This document shows positions 50,423 through 58,966 of a stretch of DNA of 64,000 nt, one piece after another. A program made the position numbers and the translations under genes. The notes beneath the pieces were generated by a model. That model had not been told where the DNA came from and ran no database searches. It was given only the letters and a program-made list of their open reading frames with translations. Source of the stretch: Longimicrobiales bacterium (GTDB lineage Bacteria > Gemmatimonadota > Gemmatimonadetes > Longimicrobiales > Gaopeijiaceae). The stretch covers positions 1,024,001 through 1,088,000 of the forward strand of contig OZ241869.1 in assembly GCA_965202805.1 (NCBI GenBank), given 5' to 3'. The number at the start of each line of letters is the position of its first letter. The stretch's first letter is position 1.

Positions 50423-50704
50423 ATGAGAGATTTCGTCACCTTCATGATCACGATCTTCGTCGCGGGCTGGGGTTCGGCCGTGATCTACACGGTGCTGCGC
50501 TTCTTCTGGAAGAGGCAGAACCAGAGTGCCCTTCCGCGCGGTGACGAGCGCATGCTCGCAGCGATGCGCGAAGAGTTGGATTCGCTCGAAACCCGGCTCA
50601 CACGGGTTGAGGACGAGACCCGTTTCGCGGCCGAGCTGAGGGCTCCCCACGTCCCGAAGCGGCTGGATACGGGAGAAGGGCGCGCACCACCCCCGAGTGG
50701 TTGA
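50423..50704 (+). CDS. Small membrane protein with C-terminal coiled coil
   Basis: N-terminal TM helix; LAAMREELDSLETRLTRVEDETRFAAEL. Confidence 0.7.
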   Translation: MRDFVTFMITIFVAGWGSAVIYTVLRFFWKRQNQSALPRGDERMLAAMREELDSLETRLTRVEDETRFAAELRAPHVPKRLDTGEGRAPPPSG

Positions 50705-50770
50705 ACCAGGCGGAACGGACGGCGCGAAGCCTGCCCAGACCCTCAGTCGCGGCCCCCCTCCTGCCCGGAC

Positions 50771-50816
50771 CCTCTTTTGTTGGCCAGTCAGGGCCGATTG
50801 TGGCGAACAAGAGAGG
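50771..50816. repeat. Palindromic dispersed repeat (REP-like), copy B
   Basis: cctcttttgttggcca-N14-tggcgaacaagagagg; 33/46 identical to 19031-19076 without gaps. Confidence 0.7.
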
Positions 50817-50835
50817 GGAGGCGAGGAGAGCGTTT

Positions 50836-52734
50836 CTATCCGCCCGGTACGAGCCTGCGGTGCTCGAACCCTGCGCTCGTGTGGGCGACGAGTTCCAGCC
50901 GGCCGTTCAGAAGGTCGTGCATGAGGTGCGTGGTGAGCGGAATCGCGCGGGTGACCTCGGTGACGTCCGGCCCGGCCAGGCGGAGCACCACCACCCCGCC
51001 CCCCTCCCCATCGGCCGCCGGGATCCGCCGCAGGACCACCCCCAGCGCGTCCTCCGGCTCGACCCCCGCCAGCGCGAGGCGGTAGGACAGCGTGCCGGTC
51101 GGCAGATCCAGCAGGAAGGTCCCCTCCGCCAGGAGGTTCCCGTCCACGCTCCCCTGCGGCGGGTCGAGCGCGACCAGCACGGGATCCGGCGGGCGTCCCC
51201 TTTCGAGCGGCGGCGTCCGGAGCGGTGCCCGCCGCCTGGGGCTGGCCGTCTCGAGCGCGTAGGCGAAGGCGACCAGGCGGGCGTCGTCGAGCGCGCGGCC
51301 GAGCAGCTCGAGCCCCGCCGGCACCTCCGTCTCGGTGAACCCGGCCGGCACGGTGAGCGCCGGCAGCCCGGTGTTCGCGCTCAGCGAGCAGGTGGAGCCC
51401 ACCGGGGCCGCCCCGATGAGCGCGGTCTCCTGGCGCATGGTCGGGTAGGCGAGCGCGTCCAGTTCCTCGGCGTCCATGAAGCCGAGCACCGCGTCCCGGA
51501 GGGCGCCCCGGCGCGCCATCGCTTCCTCGTACTCGTCCGTGGGCCGCTCAGTGCGGGCGATGCGCCGCCGGAAGTTGGCGTCCAGCGCCTCGTGGTGCAG
51601 GCCGGCCTCCACGATCTCCTCGAGCGTCGCGACCGGAGCGTCCGGAACCCCGGCGAGGTAGTCCATCAGGTCGAACTTGAACTCCAGGTCGATCAAGCCC
51701 GTGTTCGCGAGCAGGCTGTCCAGGTCGGGGATGGTCACATCCACCACCTCGGCCCCCAGCGAGTCCATCTCGGCCAGGGCGGCGCGCACGACCTCCGTGA
51801 TCCGCCCCCCGCCCCCGTCCTCCTCCAGCCAGTCGGCCAGCACGCCGATGCGGGCGCCCTCCAGCGCGGCCGGGTCGAGAGCGGCCTGGAAGTCGGGGGT
51901 CGGGCGCCCCTCCAGCACGGCCGTGGCGGGATCGGCCGCGTCCGGCCCGACCGTCGCGTCCAGCGCGATCGCCAGGTCGGCCACGGTGCGCGCGAGCGGC
52001 CCGCCGGTGTCCTGCGAGTGCGAGAGCGGCAGGATGCCGTCGATGCTCGACAGCCCCTTGGTGGGCCGCAGCCCGAACAGGTTGTGCACCGCGGCCGGGA
52101 TGCGGATCGAGCCGCAGGTGTCGCTCCCCCACCCCACCGCCGCAAAGCTCGCGGCCACCGCCGCCCCCGTCCCCCCCGAGCTCCCGCCCGGGTTGCGCGC
52201 GGGCTCGTAGGCGTTGCGGCTCTGCCCGCCCAGCGAGCTGACGGTGGTGATCCCGGCCGCAAGCTCGTGCAGGTTGGTCTTCCCCACGATGACCGCGCCG
52301 GCCTCCCGCAGCCGCGCCACCTGGAAGGCGTCGTCGGGCGGCCGAAGCCCCGAGAGCGCCAGGCTCGACCCCGTGGTCGGCATCCCGGCCACGTCGTAGT
52401 TGTCCTTCATGAGCACCGGAATGCCGTGCATCGGCCCGCGCACCGTCCCCGCCGCCCGCTCCCGGTCGAGCGCGTCGGCCTCCGCGCCCGCCTGCGGATT
52501 GAGCCGCGTGACGGTGTTCAGCTCCGGCCCGGCGACGTCGTAGGCCGCGATTCGGTCGCGGTAGAGGTCGACCAGCTGGCGCGAGGTGACCCGCCCTTCC
52601 GCCAGTGCCTCCTGCAGCTCGAGGATGGAGGCTTCCGCGACCTCGAACTCCGAATCCGCGCTCCCGACCCCGCCGCATCCGGTGACGGCGAGCGTGGCTG
52701 CGGCCAGCAGCAGGCCATGTACTCTTGTGCGCAT
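50836..52734 (-). CDS. Amidase-signature family lipoprotein with C-terminal CHRD-like domain
   Basis: VTGC lipobox; KDN, GKTNLHE, PGGSSGG, GSDTCGSIRIPA; extra ~120-aa C-terminal domain. Confidence 0.88.
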   Translation of the reverse strand: MRTRVHGLLLAAATLAVTGCGGVGSADSEFEVAEASILELQEALAEGRVTSRQLVDLYRDRIAAYDVAGPELNTVTRLNPQAGAEADALDRERAAGTVRGPMHGIPVLMKDNYDVAGMPTTGSSLALSGLRPPDDAFQVARLREAGAVIVGKTNLHELAAGITTVSSLGGQSRNAYEPARNPGGSSGGTGAAVAASFAAVGWGSDTCGSIRIPAAVHNLFGLRPTKGLSSIDGILPLSHSQDTGGPLARTVADLAIALDATVGPDAADPATAVLEGRPTPDFQAALDPAALEGARIGVLADWLEEDGGGGRITEVVRAALAEMDSLGAEVVDVTIPDLDSLLANTGLIDLEFKFDLMDYLAGVPDAPVATLEEIVEAGLHHEALDANFRRRIARTERPTDEYEEAMARRGALRDAVLGFMDAEELDALAYPTMRQETALIGAAPVGSTCSLSANTGLPALTVPAGFTETEVPAGLELLGRALDDARLVAFAYALETASPRRRAPLRTPPLERGRPPDPVLVALDPPQGSVDGNLLAEGTFLLDLPTGTLSYRLALAGVEPEDALGVVLRRIPAADGEGGGVVVLRLAGPDVTEVTRAIPLTTHLMHDLLNGRLELVAHTSAGFEHRRLVPGG

Positions 52735-52784
52735 GGAGACTCCCCGTGTGGGATACGATGCCGGTGGCCGAGGGCAGCCGCCGG

Positions 52785-53453
52785 TCAGGGGTGGACCTCC
52801 CCTCCCGGTTTCCGCAGCAGCGCCCCCTTGCCACCCACGCGAACGAAGGGCAGACCGTGCCGGTCGATGAACTCGCGGCAGGCCTGCAGAGCACCGTCGC
52901 ACCAGGCGGGCTCCACGCAGTCGTCCAGAACGACGCCGCCGCCGGGAACAATCCGGGGCCAGAGCTCCTCCAGCGTCACCGCCGTGGGCAGGTACAGGTC
53001 GACATCCAGAAAAACCGCGCCGATCGGGCCGATTTCCTTCCAGTCCACCTTCGAGCAGTCGCCCTCGATGATGCGGTAGTTGCTGTAGCCGAGACGTGCG
53101 AGGCTGTAGTCGAAGACGCGGGCGCTGCCATAGGAGTAGTCGGAGAGCTCGCCGGCGCGCTTCCGCCTGTTCTCGACCTCGTAGTCGATGCTCTCCCGGG
53201 TGAAGCCGGCGAAGGTGTCGACCAGCACGAGGGTCCGCGGATCGCCGGTGGTTCTCAGGTGCTCGAGCAGAAAGACGGAAGTGTCTCCCCGCGCCACGCC
53301 GATTTCGACGATCACTCCTTCGGTGCCGCGGGTGGCGTCGATCAGCCCGATCATTGCCGAGAGTTCGCCCGGGTCCACCCAGTAGCGGTACTCGGGAAGC
53401 ATCGCGTTGCGGAGCCCGGGCAGCCGGTAGACGACGCGCTTGATCAGGGTCAT
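52785..53453 (-). CDS. TylF/MycF-family SAM-dependent O-methyltransferase
   Basis: GVIVEIGVARG, DTFAGF, LDVDLY, VPGGGVVLDD. Confidence 0.8.
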   Translation of the reverse strand: MTLIKRVVYRLPGLRNAMLPEYRYWVDPGELSAMIGLIDATRGTEGVIVEIGVARGDTSVFLLEHLRTTGDPRTLVLVDTFAGFTRESIDYEVENRRKRAGELSDYSYGSARVFDYSLARLGYSNYRIIEGDCSKVDWKEIGPIGAVFLDVDLYLPTAVTLEELWPRIVPGGGVVLDDCVEPAWCDGALQACREFIDRHGLPFVRVGGKGALLRKPGGEVHP

Positions 53454-53579
53454 GAGCCCGCGCGCCCGCCGGTTCAGGACGCGCACCAGGGAAATCGAGG
53501 CGCCGACACCGGGGCTCCGTGGCACGCGCGGCGCGGATGGGGTGGGAGAGGACGGCATGGTCCGGGAATTGGAGGTTGA

Positions 53580-53621
53580 AGGGGGCTCGCCCGCGTCGCG
53601 AGGAGGCTCACCCGCATCGCG
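53580..53621. repeat. 21-nt imperfect tandem duplication, intergenic
   Basis: agggggctcgcccgcgtcgcg / aggaggctcacccgcatcgcg. Confidence 0.7.
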
Positions 53622-53829
53622 AAGATGCGCGCCTTCCATGATTGCAGGAAAGGCGGGCCCGGAAAAGATGCAGCAGCGGCGAGGGATCGCGCTCCCTGCA
53701 ACAACGGCATCCTGTACGGCCGCCGGCGCATGTGGTTCGGCGTCGGCGTCGTCCCGTGACTGGCGCGACCCCGCGGGCGGCGTCACTGTCTTCTGGAGCG
53801 AACCCCAGGCACCCGAACCCCGCACTCCC

Positions 53830-55302
53830 ATGAGCGACGACGCCGCGAACCGCCGACAGCAAGCCGGACGCGACTCCGGGCCCGAAGAACACGCAACCGA
53901 AGCACCTCCCGCCCTGAACCGCCGCGATTTCCTGAAAGCCGGTGCGCTGGGCGTGGCGGCCGGCGCCACCGCCGGGTGCACCGAGCCCGGAGCCGAAGCG
54001 GCCACAGTATGGGCCCAGGCCTCGACCCCGGCCACCGACGTCATCCCCCAGGAACTCCCCGCCCCGCCGGCCCGGCCCCTCGCCGCCCCTCCCGTCGACC
54101 CGGTGCGCATCGGGTTCGTCGGCGTGGGCGGGATGGGCACGGCCCATGTCCGCAACCTGGTCCGCATCGACGGGTGCGTGGTTACGGCCGTCTGCGACAT
54201 CCGCGCGGAGCACGCCGAGCGCGCCGCCGCCCTCGTCGAGGAGGCGGGACACCCCCGTCCCACCCTCTACACGCGCGGCGAGCGCGACTTCGAGCGCCTG
54301 TGCGCGGAGGAGGACCTCGACCTGGTGTACACCGCGACGCCCTGGCGCTGGCACGTCCCCGTCTGCGTGGCCGCCATGGAGAACGGCAAGCACGCCGCTA
54401 CCGAGGTCCCCGCCGCCTACACGCTGGACGACTGCTGGCGGCTGGTGGAGACCGCCGAGCGCACCGGGCGCCACTGCGTGATGATGGAGAACGTGAATTA
54501 CGGACGCGCCGAACTCCTCTGCCTCAACTTGGTGCGCCAGGGGCTGCTCGGGGAGGTCCTGCACGGGGAGTGCGGCTACCTGCACGACCTGCGCGAGATC
54601 AAGTTCGCCGACCAGGGCGAGGGGCTGTGGCGGCGCGCGCATTCGTGGACCCGCAACGGGAACCTCTATCCCACCCACGGCCTGGGCCCGGTGGCCAACT
54701 GCATGGACATCAACCGGGGCGACCGCTTCGCCTCGCTGGTGTCGATGAGCAGCCCGTCGCGGGGCCTGCAGGAATGGGCCGCCACCCACTACGGCGAGGG
54801 ACACCCCAAGCGCGCCGAGACCTTCGCGCTGGGCGACGTGAACGCGAGCCTCATCCAGACTGCCCTCGGGCGCACCATCTACGTCGCGCACGACACCAAC
54901 CTGCCCCGCCCCTACGACCGCATCAACAAGGTCCAGGGCACGCGCGGGATCTTCCAGGGCTACCCGGACCGGGTCTACATCGAGGGCAGCAGCCCGTCGC
55001 ATCGGTGGCAGGACGCCGAGGCGTACTACGACGAATTCGAGCACCCGCTCTGGAGCGCGCTGCGCGAGGCGTCCATCGGCGCCGGCCACGGCGGCATGGA
55101 CTTCATGGAGGACTACCGGCTCGTCGAGTGCCTGCGCCGCGGCGAGCCCACCGACATGAACGTCTACGATGCCGCGGCTCTCAGCGCCGTCTGCGAACTG
55201 TCGGAGATCAGCGTCGCCCAGGGAAGCGCGCCGGTCCCCTTCCCCGACTTCACCCGCGGGAAATGGATGGACTGGCAGCCGTGGCCCATCGTCACGGCGT
55301 AG
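53830..55302 (+). CDS. Tat-exported Gfo/Idh/MocA protein, GH109 (alpha-N-acetylgalactosaminidase-like)
   Basis: NRRDFLK Tat motif; GVGGMG, ATPW..H, ATEVP, MMEN, YLHDLR, YPTHGLGP, INRGDR, GHGGMD. Confidence 0.9.
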   Translation: MSDDAANRRQQAGRDSGPEEHATEAPPALNRRDFLKAGALGVAAGATAGCTEPGAEAATVWAQASTPATDVIPQELPAPPARPLAAPPVDPVRIGFVGVGGMGTAHVRNLVRIDGCVVTAVCDIRAEHAERAAALVEEAGHPRPTLYTRGERDFERLCAEEDLDLVYTATPWRWHVPVCVAAMENGKHAATEVPAAYTLDDCWRLVETAERTGRHCVMMENVNYGRAELLCLNLVRQGLLGEVLHGECGYLHDLREIKFADQGEGLWRRAHSWTRNGNLYPTHGLGPVANCMDINRGDRFASLVSMSSPSRGLQEWAATHYGEGHPKRAETFALGDVNASLIQTALGRTIYVAHDTNLPRPYDRINKVQGTRGIFQGYPDRVYIEGSSPSHRWQDAEAYYDEFEHPLWSALREASIGAGHGGMDFMEDYRLVECLRRGEPTDMNVYDAAALSAVCELSEISVAQGSAPVPFPDFTRGKWMDWQPWPIVTA

Positions 55303-55405
55303 CGGGATCCGCGATACCCCCTGACCAACATTCTGCCCAGCCGCTTGCGCGGGCGCGCTGACCACGCCCGCCAGGTCGCCGCATCCTGCCATCCACGGAG
55401 GAACC

Positions 55406-56638
55406 GTGACATCTCCTGAACGCCCGACTATCCCGCGCCTTGTTGCCACACTGTCCGCAGCGGCGCTCCTCGCAGGCTGTGACGGCACGCCCGCCAACGA
55501 CCCGGACGCTCCGCTCGAGCTGAGCGCGGCCGATATCGAGGTACTTGGCGCCTCCGAGTCCCTCGCCGTCGTACAGGACATGGAGGTACTGCCCGACGGC
55601 TCCGTCTGGGTCTTCAATTCGGTCGAGCCCTACTTCATCGGGTTCGGCCCGGATGGCGAATCCCTTGGCACGCACGGACGCGCCGGAGGCGGACCCGAGG
55701 AGTTCCCGATGCCCTCCGCCTTCCTCGCGGGAGGATGGGAGGGTGAGGCGTGGGTTTTCGACCTCAGGCGCCACGCCATGATCCGGATCTCCCGGCCGGA
55801 CGAGGACTGGACGGAGATTCCCCTGCGGTCGGAGTCCCTCCCGCCCGGCAGCATACGGGGCGGAATGAACCTGATGAGCGCCGCGGTGCGAACCGCAAGA
55901 CTCGGCGGCGAGATCATCGTGCCCCGCCCGCGCCCGCCGGAAGAGGGGGGCATGCTGCAGCTCCGCCTGTCGCTGTTGGGCGCCGATCTGGTGGCGGTCG
56001 ATCCGGACGCAGCCGGGATCCGAACCCTCGTGACCCTGGGTGCGGTGCTCGACGATCCGTCAGGGGACTTCATGCCCAGCGAGGGCGGCTTCCCGCAGTG
56101 GTACCGACTTTGGGCTCCCTGCGGCGACAACCTCGTGCGCGTCTATGATCGGGTGCGGAATCAGCTTCGCGGCTTCGACGGATCGGGAGCCGAGGCAGGC
56201 CCCATCGATCTTCCACCCGTTCCCTTCACTGAGGTCAGCCCCCGACAGTTTGCCGGCGCGGTCTTCGAGCTGAGACAGGCCGAGTTGACGGGCGACGTGA
56301 GAGGAAGGCTCGGCGAAACGGACCGCCAGCGGCTCCTGAATCAGATGGCCCGGGGGGTCAGCGGGAGCCCGCAGGAGCTCGCGAGCTACCTGCCGCGGTA
56401 CGTGGACTTCCGGTGCAGCGAAGACGGGACGATGTGGCTGCACCCGTTCGATCCCGACGCCGGCGGGCTGAACGGGGGGCCGGTATGGCTTCGGATTTCG
56501 CCGGAGGGCGTCGCGCGGGAAGTGCGCCTCCCCGACCGGTTCGACGCCCTGCGCTTCTCCGAGTCGCGGATATGGGGCGTGTACCGGGACGAACTTGACG
56601 TCCCGTCCGTCGCATCCATCCCGTTGCCGGCGGGTTGA
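55406..56638 (+). CDS. Putative lipoprotein, beta-propeller-like
   Basis: GGAGG RBS plus GTG; LLAGC lipobox; HGRAGGGPEEF; C-terminal GVYRDELDVPSV. Confidence 0.75.
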   Translation: MTSPERPTIPRLVATLSAAALLAGCDGTPANDPDAPLELSAADIEVLGASESLAVVQDMEVLPDGSVWVFNSVEPYFIGFGPDGESLGTHGRAGGGPEEFPMPSAFLAGGWEGEAWVFDLRRHAMIRISRPDEDWTEIPLRSESLPPGSIRGGMNLMSAAVRTARLGGEIIVPRPRPPEEGGMLQLRLSLLGADLVAVDPDAAGIRTLVTLGAVLDDPSGDFMPSEGGFPQWYRLWAPCGDNLVRVYDRVRNQLRGFDGSGAEAGPIDLPPVPFTEVSPRQFAGAVFELRQAELTGDVRGRLGETDRQRLLNQMARGVSGSPQELASYLPRYVDFRCSEDGTMWLHPFDPDAGGLNGGPVWLRISPEGVAREVRLPDRFDALRFSESRIWGVYRDELDVPSVASIPLPAG

Positions 56639-56661
56639 GGGACCAATCTGGCCCGCGTCCG

Positions 56662-58821
56662 CTACCTCCTCCCCTCCGTCGCCACCGCCGCACCGCCCAT
56701 CAGGTAGCGGTCGAAGAAGCCGTCCGTCGCGCCGAAGGTGGTCAGCCAGCGCTCGTGCAGCAGGAAGTCGTGCACGTCGTCCGGGAAGACGATCAGTTCG
56801 TGGGGCACGCCCTGCGCCCGCAGCAGCTGCACCAGCCCGACGGTCTGCGAGAAGGCCACGTTGCGGTCGTCGTCTCCGTGGATGAGCAGCACCGGCGAGG
56901 TCCAGTTCTCGATCTCCGAGATCGCGGATGACTGGTACGACACCGACTCCGGGTCGATGGAGTTGCCCCACAGGTGCACGCCCGCGATGTCCACGCCGGC
57001 CGCGAAGAGATCCGAGTCGCGCGCCAGCCCCTGTGCCGTGAGGATGCCTCCGTACGACAGCCCCCAGAGGCCGATGCGCGCCGGATCCACGTCGGCGCGG
57101 TCGCGCAGGTACTCGCCGGCGGCCCGGATGTCCTGATACTCGGTGTTGCCCTCGCGTCCCCGCCCGGGCGCGTTGCGGAATTCGCGCCCGTAGCCGATGC
57201 CGCTCCGGTAGTTCACCGACAGGACCACGTAGCCCTTGTTCGCGAAGTACTGGTTGATGGCGTAGGCCATGTGATAGAAATGCATGTAGTGGTAGCCGAG
57301 CAGCATCTGGCGCCGGGATCCCCCGTGGATGAAGATGAGCGCCGGGCGCCGTTCGCCGGGCTCGAGGTCCGGGGGCAGGAAGAGCTGGTTGTAGAACTCG
57401 AAGCCGTCCTCGGCGTTGAGCGTGACCGCCCCGGGGACGACGTGCTCGGCTAGGGGGTAGCGGGCCGGAAGCTCGCGGATGGTCCGTGCCTCGCCGCCGG
57501 AGGCCGGCACGACCGCCACCGTAAGCGGATGGCTCGCACCGGCGGCGAGCAGCGCGACCTCGTCCCCGCTCGCCAGCGCCGCCGGCCAGGTCTCGACGCC
57601 GTCGCCCCGGGTGAGCTGCCGCGTCCCCCCGCCCGCCGTGGGCACCCTCCACAGGTGGCGCCGGTCGATGTCGCCCGCGTTGGTGGCGTAGAAGAGGGTG
57701 CGCCCGTCCGCCGAGAGCGAGATGTACTCGGCGATGCCGTCGCCGGGCGTGAGCTCGACCGGGTCGCGCGTGCCCCCGGCCGCCGCGACCGAGTAGTAAC
57801 GGCGCCACCCGTTGGGCTCGGCCTGGAAGATGATGTGATCGCCGGCCCAGATGACCTCGCGCACCTCGCGGTAGATGCTGTCGCCCGGCGGGCTGTGCCA
57901 CACCTCCACCGCCTCCCCCGTGCGCGCGTCGCCCACCCAGATGGAGAAGTCGTACCCGCCGGCGAAGCGGGCCTCGGTCATCCCGGCGGGCCAGACGTCG
58001 TCAGCCTCGCCCTCCCCGGGGGCGCCGCCCCGCTCCGCCCGCGCGCCGAAGGGCAGCCCGGGCCTGCGGATGAAGGCGACCCGGGTCCCGTCCGGCGACC
58101 AGGTGGGGCTGGCGTCGCGGTCGACCGCCGGGCCCAGGTATGTGATGCCGGGACGCTCGGTGTCATAGATGCCGATGAAGCCGTGGTCCTCGCGGTCGCT
58201 CACGAACGCCAGCCGACGCGAGTCCGGCGACCAGGCCGGGTCGCCCTGGCTGCCGAACACGCTGAAGAGCGGCTGCTCCGGGTCGCCGGTCGCGACCCCG
58301 GGGTTCACCGGCGCCCGGTAGATGTCGCCATCGCTCTCCCAGGCGATCCATTCGCCGTCCGGGGAAAGCGCCACGTTCCAGGCCTCCGCCACCCGCCAGG
58401 GCTCGCCGCCTGCGGTGCTCACCGCCCAGGCGGCCCGCTCGGCGCCCCGGGGATCGCTGGCCGGGTTGGCGATCCACCCCTGCCGGTTGGGGGTGTGTCC
58501 GCGCAGGAACACCAGCGTCGAGCCGTCATCCGAGATGCGCAGGTTCGACAGGTCGCGCCCGTCATCGTCCTCGAAGCGTGTCAGACGCACCGGCGCGAAG
58601 TCCGGCGCGGCGGCCGTGTACACGTTGCGCTTCCCCTCCTCGTATTCGATCCAGGCGATGCGGTCGGCCGCCCGGGCCGACACCAACTGCACCGGATACC
58701 CGGGGCTGAGCACGTCCTCGATCGAGAAGCGCTGCGCCTGGACGGGCAGGGCGCCGAACGCGACGAGAGCCGGGAAAGCAAGCAGAGCGAGTGCCGGGAA
58801 CAGCAGTCGAGCGCGCGTCAT
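56662..58821 (-). CDS. Secreted S9 family peptidase (DPP IV-like, PD40 repeats)
   Basis: Signal peptide from ATG 58821; PAWSPD repeats; HGG, GLSYGG, DDRNV, DDVH. Confidence 0.92.
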   Translation of the reverse strand: MTRARLLFPALALLAFPALVAFGALPVQAQRFSIEDVLSPGYPVQLVSARAADRIAWIEYEEGKRNVYTAAAPDFAPVRLTRFEDDDGRDLSNLRISDDGSTLVFLRGHTPNRQGWIANPASDPRGAERAAWAVSTAGGEPWRVAEAWNVALSPDGEWIAWESDGDIYRAPVNPGVATGDPEQPLFSVFGSQGDPAWSPDSRRLAFVSDREDHGFIGIYDTERPGITYLGPAVDRDASPTWSPDGTRVAFIRRPGLPFGARAERGGAPGEGEADDVWPAGMTEARFAGGYDFSIWVGDARTGEAVEVWHSPPGDSIYREVREVIWAGDHIIFQAEPNGWRRYYSVAAAGGTRDPVELTPGDGIAEYISLSADGRTLFYATNAGDIDRRHLWRVPTAGGGTRQLTRGDGVETWPAALASGDEVALLAAGASHPLTVAVVPASGGEARTIRELPARYPLAEHVVPGAVTLNAEDGFEFYNQLFLPPDLEPGERRPALIFIHGGSRRQMLLGYHYMHFYHMAYAINQYFANKGYVVLSVNYRSGIGYGREFRNAPGRGREGNTEYQDIRAAGEYLRDRADVDPARIGLWGLSYGGILTAQGLARDSDLFAAGVDIAGVHLWGNSIDPESVSYQSSAISEIENWTSPVLLIHGDDDRNVAFSQTVGLVQLLRAQGVPHELIVFPDDVHDFLLHERWLTTFGATDGFFDRYLMGGAAVATEGRR

Positions 58822-58966
58822 GATTCGCCTCCGGGAGATTGGGCGAGACGTTGAGGGACCGCGGAATGTCAGGATGACACCACGCCACCCATCCGGCAAC
58901 GTCCCGAACGCGCATCCCCGCGCCCGGCGTGCGGCCCCGCGGGCTGGCGCGTTCCGGACTGCGAGT

